Positions 19,876 to 28,677 of a stretch of 64,000 nt of DNA are shown here, piece by piece. The notes beneath the pieces were generated by a model. The model had not been told where the DNA came from. It made no database searches and saw nothing but the letters and a program-made list of their open reading frames with translations. The DNA lies in the NCBI GenBank assembly GCA_963663385.2, contig CAXXXD010000004.1, positions 576,001-640,000 on the forward strand. The letters are read 5' to 3'. This stretch comes from Oceanispirochaeta sp. Lineage in GTDB: Bacteria > Spirochaetota > Spirochaetia > DSM-2461. Numbering within the stretch: position 1 is the first letter of the stretch; each line of letters starts with the position of its first letter. A program made the translations under genes and the position numbers.

Positions 19876-20916
19876 TTATAGTCCGGCAGCAGGATAGGTC
19901 CGCACTGTTTCTACAAAAGTTTCAATATTTTTCCGGGGAACACCCGCCGGAAGGGCACATCCCGCGCCGATAACCAGACCTTCCCCTTTAAACAGTTCCA
20001 GAACTTCACCGGTTTCTTTCCGCATTCTCTCGGGTGTACCGAAATAAAATGTTCCCGAGGGATCAATCGGACCGAACATAATAACTGACTTTCCTCTGAG
20101 TATCTCTGCCGCTCTGGGTATATCCGTTTTATAATCCACTTCGATAGCAGGGAACCCGGCATCCGCCACGTCTTCCAGTATCATGTCCAGGTTACCGCAG
20201 ATATGACAGATACTCTGGATGGATTCCGCTTTCAATGTCGCCGCCATCTTCCTGTGCCAGGGAAGGGAAAACTCCCTGTACATATCGGGACCTATCAGAT
20301 CCGGACCGCAGGAACTGTCTCCGAAACTGGTTATATCCGCTCCCGCTTCCATTATCATCCTGTGAAAGGCAAGGTGGACCTCCATGGCCCTGTCGATCAG
20401 AAGCTTTGTTTTTTCCACGGTTGAATCATCCAGCAGGCTCATCATAAAGTCGCCGATACCGACGGCCAGCATGGCCAGGGAAAAGGGCCCCTGGTCGGCA
20501 TTCCCGCGGATAAGCAGATCCCCTTTCACTTCCCGGCTGATCCGGTGAATCCCCTCAAGCATGATCTTTATGCGGTCATATTTTTTCAGGCAGTCCGGAT
20601 CCATGGCATCCAGACAGGCATCCAGCCCACCCTCCATACCGTGGGTTACCCGGGCCGGTTCATTTTCGGGAAGATCCACGTATACGCCGATGGCACCCGC
20701 TTCCATACAGGTATCAATGTCGATTAATACTCCATCCATGCCGTACTTCCGGGCAAAGTCCACATGGGTCCGGCAGATCTTTTCCGGATCACGCCGGTAC
20801 TCACCCTGTGTGTAACCCTTCTCCTCCGCTGCGGACATAAAGTTGTGCAGCATTATGGGAACCGGAGAAACTGTTTCTCCTTTCAGGGTCTTCATTATTC
20901 TATCGTATCCGGTCAT
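19876..20916 (-). CDS. uroporphyrinogen decarboxylase / MtaA-CmuA methyltransferase family protein
   Basis: QGPFSLA, HICG, GPIDPSG, GAGCAL (H-x-C...C Zn ligands of MT2-type enzymes). Confidence 0.85.
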   Translation of the reverse strand: MTGYDRIMKTLKGETVSPVPIMLHNFMSAAEEKGYTQGEYRRDPEKICRTHVDFARKYGMDGVLIDIDTCMEAGAIGVYVDLPENEPARVTHGMEGGLDACLDAMDPDCLKKYDRIKIMLEGIHRISREVKGDLLIRGNADQGPFSLAMLAVGIGDFMMSLLDDSTVEKTKLLIDRAMEVHLAFHRMIMEAGADITSFGDSSCGPDLIGPDMYREFSLPWHRKMAATLKAESIQSICHICGNLDMILEDVADAGFPAIEVDYKTDIPRAAEILRGKSVIMFGPIDPSGTFYFGTPERMRKETGEVLELFKGEGLVIGAGCALPAGVPRKNIETFVETVRTYPAAGL

Positions 20917-20950
20917 TCAATCTCCTTGTCTGATTATCAAGTACAGTTAC

Positions 20951-21063
20951 CCCTCTCCCGAGGAGAGGGGATTAAGGGGTGAGGTCGGGTCTTTAAACCC
21001 TCTCCCAGAGGGAGAGGAGATTATTAAGGCCCTCTCCTGTATCCTCTCCCAGAGGGAGAGGAG
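20951..21063. repeat. cluster of CCCTCTCCC..GGGAGAGG REP-like palindromes
   Basis: ccctctcccgaggagaggggattaaggggtgagg; ccctctcccagagggagagg; cctctcccagagggagagg; near-identical copy at 58302. Confidence 0.85.
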
Positions 21064-21070
21064 ATTCATA

Positions 21071-22039
21071 TTAAAGGTCTTTTTTTACTTTGAGCTGTGC
21101 TCCGTAGGAATCAACATTCTCTTTGTTGATCATTATGGTTCCGGCATCATTGTTGATTCTGGCAGGTTTTTTTCCCTCCGTAACATTCTGATAGAGCCAG
21201 TAGGTGGCCTGGTATCCGTAATTGAAAAACGAGGTGGCAACCGTACCATCCAGTTCCCCGCTTCTGACCAGGTCCAGAGTCTCTTCGATATCATCCACAC
21301 CATAGATCAGCAGGCTGTCCTTATTTCCCATATCCCGGGCGACAGAGGCACAGGCAGGTCCTGCCTCGGCGGCCAGGTTGATGGCAACGTTTATTTCCGG
21401 ATAGGCTTTCAGGGTGTTCTCCCACTCGGTTGTTGCTTTCATCCGGTCTGATTTGGATTCGGATATATTTACGACCTGGAAATTCCCGCCGTAGTTGCCG
21501 AATACATTCCTGATCGCTTCGATCTGGTCTACGGCGATCTGATAATTCAGTGCCGCCACCTGGATGGAAACATTCAGATCCGAGTTGTTTCCATAGTGGG
21601 CTACCACGTCGTCGTAAATGGCTTTGGCCTGTACATTCACATCTTTTCCAAAGTAGGCAAGCTGTCCCTGAAGGTCAATGGGAGAATCCACGACCAGTAC
21701 GGGAATCCCCGCGTCAATCGCCGCCTGAACAGGCGCTGCGGGAACAAGTCCCTGTGTAATAATGGCATCCACTTTCTGGGCAATGGCTGTTTCAACCAGT
21801 TTGGCCATCTCTTCGGGGGATACGCCCTGAGGTCCTACCCAGTCGCCCTTGATTCCCAGCTCGGAAACAGCCTGATCAAATCCGTCTTTGGCAATCAGCC
21901 ATACGGGATGGGCCAGAAGGGGAGACACGTAGACGAAGTGAAGCTGGTCGTCATCCGCAGAAGTGTCCTGCTGTCCCGCCGCGCTCAGGCCGGACAGGGT
22001 CAGGGTAACCAACAATAGAAGCATTAACAGTTTTTTCAT
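21071..22039 (-). CDS. sugar ABC transporter substrate-binding protein (RbsB-like)
   Basis: Signal MKKLLMLLLLVTLTLSGLSAAGQQD; HPVW, AIAQKVDAII, AGIPVLVVDS, IYGVDD. Confidence 0.9.
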   Translation of the reverse strand: MKKLLMLLLLVTLTLSGLSAAGQQDTSADDDQLHFVYVSPLLAHPVWLIAKDGFDQAVSELGIKGDWVGPQGVSPEEMAKLVETAIAQKVDAIITQGLVPAAPVQAAIDAGIPVLVVDSPIDLQGQLAYFGKDVNVQAKAIYDDVVAHYGNNSDLNVSIQVAALNYQIAVDQIEAIRNVFGNYGGNFQVVNISESKSDRMKATTEWENTLKAYPEINVAINLAAEAGPACASVARDMGNKDSLLIYGVDDIEETLDLVRSGELDGTVATSFFNYGYQATYWLYQNVTEGKKPARINNDAGTIMINKENVDSYGAQLKVKKDL

Positions 22040-22107
22040 AAGAAAACCTCTCTTTATATTTAGCATGCTTCCGGTAAATCCGGAAGATTCATGCCGGTTT
22101 ACAGTAT

Positions 22108-23631
22108 TTATGTATTGGAAGATGAGCGGAGTATGGCTACTTCGGAGGCATCTTCCCTGCTCAGCTCCGTCTGGACTTTTCCATGCCCCAGGACCACAAA
22201 CCGGTCGCATATGGCCAGGAGTTCGGATATTTCCGAGGAGATCACGATGATCGAAACCCCGCTTCTGGCCAGATCATTGATAATTCTGTAAATCTCCGAT
22301 TTGGATCCCACATCTATTCCCCTGGTAGGCTCGTCCAGCATCAGGATTTTCAGATCTGTCAGGAGCCACTTGGAAAGGATGACCTTCTGCTGGTTACCAC
22401 CGGAAAGGTTGGAAATCAGCGTATCCAGGTTCGGGGCTTTTACGCTCAGTTCCTTAAAAAAGCGGTTTGCTTTTTCCTCCTCTTTCTTTCTGTCGATCAG
22501 GAAAATCCTTTTTATCTTTTCCAGAATGGTCAGGGTCATATTGTGGCGGATGCTCATGGTTCCGATAAAACCGTTCTTCTTCCGGTCTTCCGTAAGAAGG
22601 CCGATCCCGTTCTTCATGGCGTCCTTCGTACTGTCAATGGAAACTTCCTTTCCGTCGATCAGGATCTTTCCGCCTGTTTTGGGGATGCTGCCGAAAATAG
22701 CATTGATGGTTTCAGACCGCCCGGAGCCGACCAGACCGCAGAGTCCCAGGATTTCCCCTCTGTGCAGATTGAAGCTTACGTCTTCTATAATGTTTTTTCC
22801 GTAGGCCGAGGTGTGGGGAACTTTAAGGTTCTCGACGCGCAGGATCTCCCCGCCGATGCTCTTTTCCACGGTCGGGTACATGACATCCAGTTTCCGGCCT
22901 ATCATGTCCTCAATGACCTGATGGCTCTGATAGCCGTTCTCTTTTCTGTACTGGCTGATATAGCAGCCGTCCCGGAGTATAACCAGACGGTCGCAGATCT
23001 TATACACTTCATCCAGTTTATGGGAGATATAGATACAGGCGATCCCCTGATTTTTCAGGTTGCGAATAATCTCCATCAGGTTGTCTGTTTCCGAGGCTGT
23101 CAGAACCGATGTGGGTTCATCCAGGATCAGGATGGAGGGATTTCGAACCAGAGCCCGGGCAATACAGATCAGCTGCTGAAGGGAGGGACTCAGGTTTCTG
23201 ACAGAGGCTTTCATATCCAGAGTCATATTCAGTCTGCCCAGGGCTTCGGAAGCCGTCTGTTCCGCTGCTTTCCAGTCTATAAGACCTGTCTTTTTAAGAG
23301 GGAGCCGTCCCAGGCAGATGTTTTCTGTTACCGACAGATCCAGTTCCAGGTTCAGCTCCTGGTAGATCATGGCGATGCCCTTGTTCTCGGAGTCCACGGG
23401 GGAGTCGAAACGGACTTCCTCTCCGTACAGATAGATGGCACCTTCTGTTTCCGATGAGGGGTAGAGTCCGGACAGGATTTTCATGAGAGTGGATTTTCCG
23501 GCCCCGTTCTCTCCCATAATCCCCAGGACTTCCCCTTCGCAGAGCTTCAGGGAAACCTTTTTCAAAGCGGTTGTTCCCAGAAAGCGTTTGGTTATATTTT
23601 CAACTGTCAGTACACTCTGTTCAGCTGTCAT
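22108..23631 (-). CDS. sugar ABC transporter ATP-binding protein (RbsA/XylG-like, two NBDs)
   Basis: GENGAGKSTL, LILDEPT, GLVGSGRSE, LSGGNQQK, DEPTRGIDVG. Confidence 0.95.
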   Translation of the reverse strand: MTAEQSVLTVENITKRFLGTTALKKVSLKLCEGEVLGIMGENGAGKSTLMKILSGLYPSSETEGAIYLYGEEVRFDSPVDSENKGIAMIYQELNLELDLSVTENICLGRLPLKKTGLIDWKAAEQTASEALGRLNMTLDMKASVRNLSPSLQQLICIARALVRNPSILILDEPTSVLTASETDNLMEIIRNLKNQGIACIYISHKLDEVYKICDRLVILRDGCYISQYRKENGYQSHQVIEDMIGRKLDVMYPTVEKSIGGEILRVENLKVPHTSAYGKNIIEDVSFNLHRGEILGLCGLVGSGRSETINAIFGSIPKTGGKILIDGKEVSIDSTKDAMKNGIGLLTEDRKKNGFIGTMSIRHNMTLTILEKIKRIFLIDRKKEEEKANRFFKELSVKAPNLDTLISNLSGGNQQKVILSKWLLTDLKILMLDEPTRGIDVGSKSEIYRIINDLARSGVSIIVISSEISELLAICDRFVVLGHGKVQTELSREDASEVAILRSSSNT

Positions 23632-24706
23632 AAGCGACCTTCCCGGATCCGGTTTCATCGATGGGTTCTGACTGGCGGGAGCTCCCCCTGATGGAACGCT
23701 TCAGCATCATATTCCTTTTGTACTGGTCCAGCATAACCGCCAGGATCAGGATGGTTCCGACCACAAGCTGCTGCCAGTAGACGGAAATGCGCATCAGGGT
23801 GAGGGAGTTGGTGAGGACTTCCATAAAAAGCCCCCCCAGTATGGCTCCCAGAATGGTTCCCGTTCCGCCCAGAACGGATGTTCCGCCGATAATGGAACCG
23901 CATATGACGGTCAGCTCATAACCTGTTCCGGCCGCCGCTTCTCCCGATCCCAGACGGGCCGCCATGAATACTCCCGCAAGGCCTGCCAGGGAAGATGTAA
24001 TCAGGTAAACATGGAACTTGGTCCTGTGGGTATTGATCCCCGATATCCGGGCCGCTTCCTCATTCCCCCCCAGGGCGTAAACGGAACGGCCGAAAGGGGT
24101 ATGGGTCAGGACAATATGGAAAACGAAGGCGATGGACAGGGCTACCACAACGACTGTCGGGACAACTCCGAAAAGCTTTACCTGTTCAATGGCTGTAAAA
24201 GACTTGGGCAGGGGGTATACGGGAACCCCTTTTGTAATGACCGATACAAGTCCTCTGGCCGCATACTGCATCCCCAGTGTTACAATCAGGGGAGGGATGC
24301 CAAGGCGAACGATTATAAGACCATTGATGCTTCCTATCAGGCTTCCTACCAGAACCCCGGACAGAATGGCCAGGGGAACGGGCAGGCCCGCCTGGGCGAC
24401 CATGCCGGAAACCACACCGCCCAGAGCAAGCACAGAGCCGACGGAAAGATCCAGTCCTGCGGTTATCAGAATCAGGGTCATCCCTGTGATACTGATAAGG
24501 GCAAAGCCGGATGAACGGAAGATGTTAAAGATGTTTCCGCTGGAAATAAAGGTGCTGTTTATGAATGAAACAAACAGAATGTAAACCGCCAGGGCCAGGA
24601 TGATACTGCTCTCCTGTCTGTGCATGAAATTGCTGATTGTGTGGGTCGATAACAATCTGGGTTTGTTGTTACTGTTCAACTGTTTTCCTCCTGAACTTTT
24701 TGTCAT
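23621..24706 (-). CDS. sugar ABC transporter permease (RbsC-like)
   Basis: GLDLSVGS, FGRSVYALGGNEEAARISGI, GYELTVI, IIGGTS. Confidence 0.93.
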   Translation of the reverse strand: MTKSSGGKQLNSNNKPRLLSTHTISNFMHRQESSIILALAVYILFVSFINSTFISSGNIFNIFRSSGFALISITGMTLILITAGLDLSVGSVLALGGVVSGMVAQAGLPVPLAILSGVLVGSLIGSINGLIIVRLGIPPLIVTLGMQYAARGLVSVITKGVPVYPLPKSFTAIEQVKLFGVVPTVVVVALSIAFVFHIVLTHTPFGRSVYALGGNEEAARISGINTHRTKFHVYLITSSLAGLAGVFMAARLGSGEAAAGTGYELTVICGSIIGGTSVLGGTGTILGAILGGLFMEVLTNSLTLMRISVYWQQLVVGTILILAVMLDQYKRNMMLKRSIRGSSRQSEPIDETGSGKVAYDS

Positions 24707-24830
24707 GAGGAAATGGTAGACCCGTTTTTTTAATTATTGGGGCGGGTTCTTGTCTAATAAATTGTCATTTTTTGTACTCTTTTGCTGTTTTTGCGAAAAC
24801 TGTCTGTGAAAAGCGATTAATGGCAGGGGG

Positions 24831-25538
24831 TCAGGTAGACTTTTTAAACCATGGTTCGTCTTTATATAGTTTGTATTTGCATGCTTCGCACAAGCTATGA
24901 GAGAATTCCGCCTCCGAATGGGTTTCAATATACTGTTCTATTTCAACCCATTCTTCATTTTCATCTCTGATTTTTTTGCAGTTGGCGCAAATCCGTAAAA
25001 GACCTTTCAGTTGCTTATATTCTTTTATAAAGTCGACAAGTCTTTTGTTCTCTTCACCAAGGGCCTGGTCCATATACAGTATTTTCAGGTCATTTTCGAT
25101 AAGCTCCCTGAAGTTGTACATAATCTTGATAAAAAGGTCGGAGTAGTGGTTCTCTGTATTATCCAGCACACAAATGGTTCCGAATGGTGTTTCATCGGGG
25201 TTTAATATGGGCAATCCGAGGTAGGAAACCATGTGTAATTTTACATCGGGATTGTTTTTCCAGTGTTTATCTGTCAAGGCATTTGGAATATGAAGTTTCC
25301 TATTTGTTTTTATTACTGTTTCACAATAGAGTCCCGAGTTTGCAAATACTTCCCGGTCTCCTTTTTTATAGGGATTCCCGTCTGTTCTGCTGGAGACAAA
25401 GACCTCAATATTCTCATTCACAAGCCTCATAATCAATCCGGCCGGTACGTTGATTAATTGCGCCACCGTATCGACAATACCCTGCCACTTTTCAACAAAG
25501 GAAGCAGGTATTATCAAATCCATTTTTTCTTCTGCCAT
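24831..25538 (-). CDS. GAF domain protein with C-terminal Cys/His-rich domain
   Basis: GLYCETV...NPDVKLHMVSYLGLPI...FGTICVLD (GAF); ICANCKKIRD...FSHSLCEAC; RBS GGAG. Confidence 0.85.
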   Translation of the reverse strand: MAEEKMDLIIPASFVEKWQGIVDTVAQLINVPAGLIMRLVNENIEVFVSSRTDGNPYKKGDREVFANSGLYCETVIKTNRKLHIPNALTDKHWKNNPDVKLHMVSYLGLPILNPDETPFGTICVLDNTENHYSDLFIKIMYNFRELIENDLKILYMDQALGEENKRLVDFIKEYKQLKGLLRICANCKKIRDENEEWVEIEQYIETHSEAEFSHSLCEACKYKLYKDEPWFKKST

Positions 25539-25633
25539 AACTCCTCCGGTTCTATGGGGTATTATAAACTATAATACAGAATCGGAGGCTTTTTCTCAGT
25601 GAAAGGCTGCTGCCGGGATTAACTTCGGGATTA

Positions 25634-27274
25634 TCACATTGATAAGTCCCCTTTCTTCCCGAGATAGTACTCATAATCCCCTTCAAAGGTCTTCATGGCC
25701 CCATGATCAATTTCGAAGACCCGGTTGGCCAGGTGCTTCAGAAAGTACCGGTCATGGCTGACGATGATGACGGTTCCTTCAAACTCCTGCAGGGCTTCCA
25801 GCAGAACTTCCCGGCTGGCGATATCCAGGTGGTTGGTCGGTTCGTCCAGCATCAGGAAGTTGAGGGGCCGGGCCAGGAGGGACGCCAGCATCACCCGGCT
25901 CTTCTCTCCCCCCGAGAGAACGCTTATTTTTTTGTCCGTATCGTCTCCGGAAAACTGGAAGGCCCCCAGCAGGTTCTTGATGGTTCCCATGGATTCACCC
26001 GGCAGGATGGCCGCCAGCTCTTCGTAGATGGTATTCTGCGGATTCAGGGTATCCCCGGAATACTGGCTGAAATACCCGGCGCTCACACTGGCCCCCAGAG
26101 TGCTTTCCCCCTCAGTCGGTTCTGTCTGTTCATTCAGAACCTTCAGCAGGGTGGATTTCCCCGCACCGTTGATTCCTGTCAGGGCTATCTTGTCGCCCCG
26201 TTCCACCACGCCGGTGATCCCGCTGAATACAGGGTGATCCGTTCCATCCTCCTGAGGCCAGGTTTTGGCCAGGTTTTCCATCCTGACGACCACATCGCCG
26301 CTGCGGGGGCAGGGGGGGAATTTAAACTTCATTACTTTGGGGTCCGGCGGAACGACGATCCGTTCCATCTTCTCTATCATCTTGACCCGGGACTGTACCT
26401 GGGCGGCATGGGAGGCCCGGGCGGCAAAGCGGGCAATGAATTCCTCCTCCTTGGCCAGCATGGCCTGCTGCCTTTTCTGAGCGGCGATCAGCTGTTCCCG
26501 GCGGATCTCCCGTTCCCGGAGATAAAAATCATAATCGCCGCTGTAGGTGTTAACAGTCTCTCCGGCGGCCTCTATGGTGCGGCTGCAGATCCGGGTCATA
26601 AACTCCCTGTCATGACTGGTCATCATCAGGGCGCCCTTGAAGGATTTCAGCCACTCTTCCAGCCAGATAATGGATTCCATATCCAGGTGGTTGGTAGGTT
26701 CGTCCATTAAAAGGACATCCGGGTTCAGCAGCAGGATACCCGCCAGGGCAATCCTCATTTTCCAGCCGCCGCTGAAGCTTTCCACGCTGTTTGACTGGCG
26801 GGCTTCGGGGATTCCCAGACCTTCCAGTATGGCTCTGGCGCTGGATTCCAGCTCGTACCCGCCCCGGTTCTGGAATTCGGTCTGGGCTTCGCCGTAACGG
26901 TTCATCATTCTGTCCATGGCTTCGTCGCTCATCCCGGCCATGGCATCCATGTCGGCCATTTTATGTTCTATCTCAGACAGCTCTTCGCCCAGTTCAAAGA
27001 CCTTCCCCGCGCAGGAGAGAACTTCTTCAAGGACTGTGCGGCCGGACATTTCTCCCGTATCCTGGGAGAAGTAGCCTATTACAACCCCCGGATCGATATT
27101 GACTGTTCCCTCGTCGGGGTGTTCTTCTCCTGTAATCAGACGGAACAGGGTTGTCTTGCCCGATCCGTTCGGTCCTACCAGGCCGATCTTGTCCTGGGGC
27201 CTGATCAGAAAGGAGGATTTGCTGAAGAGTATGCGGTCGCCGTAGGCAACGCGGATATCGGACAGATTGACCAT
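25634..27274 (-). CDS. ABC-F family ATP-binding protein
   Basis: Two NBDs (GPNGSGKT, FSGGWKMR, DEPTNHLD; GINGAGKS, LSGGEKSR, DEPTNHLD), no TM segments. Confidence 0.95.
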   Translation of the reverse strand: MVNLSDIRVAYGDRILFSKSSFLIRPQDKIGLVGPNGSGKTTLFRLITGEEHPDEGTVNIDPGVVIGYFSQDTGEMSGRTVLEEVLSCAGKVFELGEELSEIEHKMADMDAMAGMSDEAMDRMMNRYGEAQTEFQNRGGYELESSARAILEGLGIPEARQSNSVESFSGGWKMRIALAGILLLNPDVLLMDEPTNHLDMESIIWLEEWLKSFKGALMMTSHDREFMTRICSRTIEAAGETVNTYSGDYDFYLREREIRREQLIAAQKRQQAMLAKEEEFIARFAARASHAAQVQSRVKMIEKMERIVVPPDPKVMKFKFPPCPRSGDVVVRMENLAKTWPQEDGTDHPVFSGITGVVERGDKIALTGINGAGKSTLLKVLNEQTEPTEGESTLGASVSAGYFSQYSGDTLNPQNTIYEELAAILPGESMGTIKNLLGAFQFSGDDTDKKISVLSGGEKSRVMLASLLARPLNFLMLDEPTNHLDIASREVLLEALQEFEGTVIIVSHDRYFLKHLANRVFEIDHGAMKTFEGDYEYYLGKKGDLSM

Positions 27275-27399
27275 GGTTTGAAGACTCCTGAATAATGAGA
27301 TGGTTCTGCGGAAGCGGAACCGGGAGGATTTTACTTTAATCTTTATGGTGTGTCAATTTAGGGTTATACCTGTAACAGGTCTCTTTTCCCTGCTGTACA

Positions 27400-27512
27400 G
27401 GGGACGGAGGGATATGGGGGACGGAGGGATATGGGGGACGGAGGGATATGGGGGACGGAGGGATATGGGGGACGGAGGGATATGGGGGACGGAGGGATAT
27501 GGGGGACGGAGG
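27400..27512 (+). repeat. 17-bp tandem array (GGGGGACGGAGGGATAT), 7 cores; left flank of RAYT
   Basis: ACGGAGG recurs at 27404, 27421, 27438, 27455, 27472, 27489, 27506; the last copy ends GGGGACGGAGGT. Confidence 0.97.
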
Positions 27513-27765
27513 TCGCGAAATTCCGATTTAACCCCTTTCGAACCCGCAAAACTACTAAAAACCGTTATACAAACAGTTTTTTCAGCTGCAGAAAATCATC
27601 CAGGCAGTAAAGAAGGTCATTTATTCAGCATTAATACCCGGAAAAGACTGTTTTTTAAGTGAAATATATGAGTTTTTATCTGATTTCAGAACAGTTCTTA
27701 CCTGTAAAACGATTCTATGTAGAGTTTTCATTAGTTATTAAATAGCAGATTAAAGCTTTTTTGAT

Positions 27766-28257
27766 TTATAATATCAGTTTCAACCACTCATCTGGCGGGT
27801 CCATTACCCTCAGGAACTTTCGTCTCAGCTCATATAGACCGCTATAGATGTAATTCCCGGCATTTTTACACATCCCGGCCTTCACCGGATTATCTGAAAT
27901 ATAGTGAAATGTATTCACAAACTGATCAAAACTGCGAATAATGATGCTTTTAAAACGGTCATACCAGACATGCCCTGTCTTGCCATATATTGAGTTGAAC
28001 CTTCTGGCAAAGCCGCTTAAAATTAGCTGCATGATTCTTGAGAGGTCTGAATCAGGACCAGGCTCCAGGATTAGATGCACATGATTACTCATTATACAAA
28101 AATGAATTAACTTGAAATCATACTTCTTTTTCGCCAGCATCAGTTCTGCAATAAACAGATCTTTCATGGCATCAGAATACAGCATGAATTCCCCTCGATT
28201 TGTTTTGGCCATTACATGGTACCGGGCGCCCGGTATTTTAATTCTTGGTTTACGCAT
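27766..28257 (-). CDS. REP-associated tyrosine transposase (RAYT; IS200-like Y1 HUH family)
   Basis: MRKPRIKIPGARYHV N-terminus, HUH motif CIMSNHVHL, GHVWYDRFKS, catalytic YISDNPVKAG, YIYSG. Confidence 0.92.
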   Translation of the reverse strand: MRKPRIKIPGARYHVMAKTNRGEFMLYSDAMKDLFIAELMLAKKKYDFKLIHFCIMSNHVHLILEPGPDSDLSRIMQLILSGFARRFNSIYGKTGHVWYDRFKSIIIRSFDQFVNTFHYISDNPVKAGMCKNAGNYIYSGLYELRRKFLRVMDPPDEWLKLIL

Positions 28258-28300
28258 GTAATTCTCTACAGGGAGAACTTACTTTCTGATTCAAATATCT

Positions 28301-28402
28301 TAATTTTTTTGATAACCTCCGTCCCCTTCTCCCTAATTTTTTTGATAACCTCCGTCCCCTACTCCATGTTCCGTCCCCTTCTCCATGTCCCCTTCTCCAT
28401 GT
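28301..28402 (-). repeat. degenerate tandem array of ACCTCCGTCCCC, inverted relative to the left array; right flank of RAYT
   Basis: taatttttttgataacctccgtcccct twice (33-bp period), then tccgtccccttctcc and gtccccttctcc. Confidence 0.92.
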
Positions 28403-28445
28403 ATTCGGGCCGATATTCCATTTCGAGTCAGTATTGATTATAAAT

Positions 28446-28475
28446 AAAAAAAGTCCGACTTTCGTCGAACTTTTT
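28446..28475 (-). terminator. probable intrinsic terminator downstream of tRNA-Cys
   Basis: aaaaaaagtccgac-tttc-gtcgaacttttt hairpin with A/T tracts on both sides. Confidence 0.65.
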
Positions 28476-28482
28476 AAGCATT

Positions 28483-28555
28483 AGGCGCCGAGCGGACTCG
28501 AACCGCTGAATGATGGATTTGCAATCCACTCCCTTAGCCGCTTGGGTACGGCGCC
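28483..28555 (-). tRNA. tRNA-Cys (GCA)
   Basis: GGCGCCGTACCCAAGCGGCTAAGGGAGTGGATTGCAAATCCATCATTCAGCGGTTCGAGTCCGCTCGGCGCCT; anticodon GCA, T-loop GGTTCGAGTCC, U discriminator; CCA not encoded. Confidence 0.97.
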
Positions 28556-28677
28556 AATGTGTGAAGAAATATACCAAATGCGGTAATCTTTGTCTAGACC
28601 GGTTCAAAAACATTTTTTTGATGCGGATCAAAGGCATCCCGTTGTCGGATATCCGGGGATATTTTATATTAGGGATT

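Larger units (their letters stand above)
27400..28402. mobile_element. RAYT element delimited by inverted GGGGACGGAGGT repeat arrays
   Basis: Transposase plus 12-bp perfect inverted match GGGGACGGAGGT (27502-27513) / ACCTCCGTCCCC (28315-28326, 28348-28359). Confidence 0.75.

Noticed and set aside
19876..20916. Calling the gene hemE
   Set aside because: Lacks the HemE N-terminal RQAGR motif, has MT2-type Zn ligands, and sits in a sugar-uptake context
24745..24800. CAAAA-like direct repeats as a YesN-type operator
   Set aside because: Irregular spacing (about 9-12 bp) in T-rich DNA; cannot be told apart from background
27400..27512. Possible CRISPR array
   Set aside because: Units are contiguous identical 17-mers with no unique spacers; no cas genes in the window
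27300..27662. ORFs 27300-27662 and 27364-27549
   Set aside because: Translations of the tandem repeat
27766..28257. IS200/IS605 element with tnpB or omega RNA
   Set aside because: No tnpB/iscB ORF adjacent; motifs (YIxxNPVKAG, MRKPR N-terminus) are RAYT-type
25600..28483. tRNA-Cys-anchored genomic island or prophage
   Set aside because: No duplicated tRNA 3' end (att) found by eye, and no integrase or phage genes
28510..28677. N-terminal extension of the ligA ORF and ORF 28428-28637
   Set aside because: They overlap tRNA-Cys; the ligase homology starts at ATG 28678
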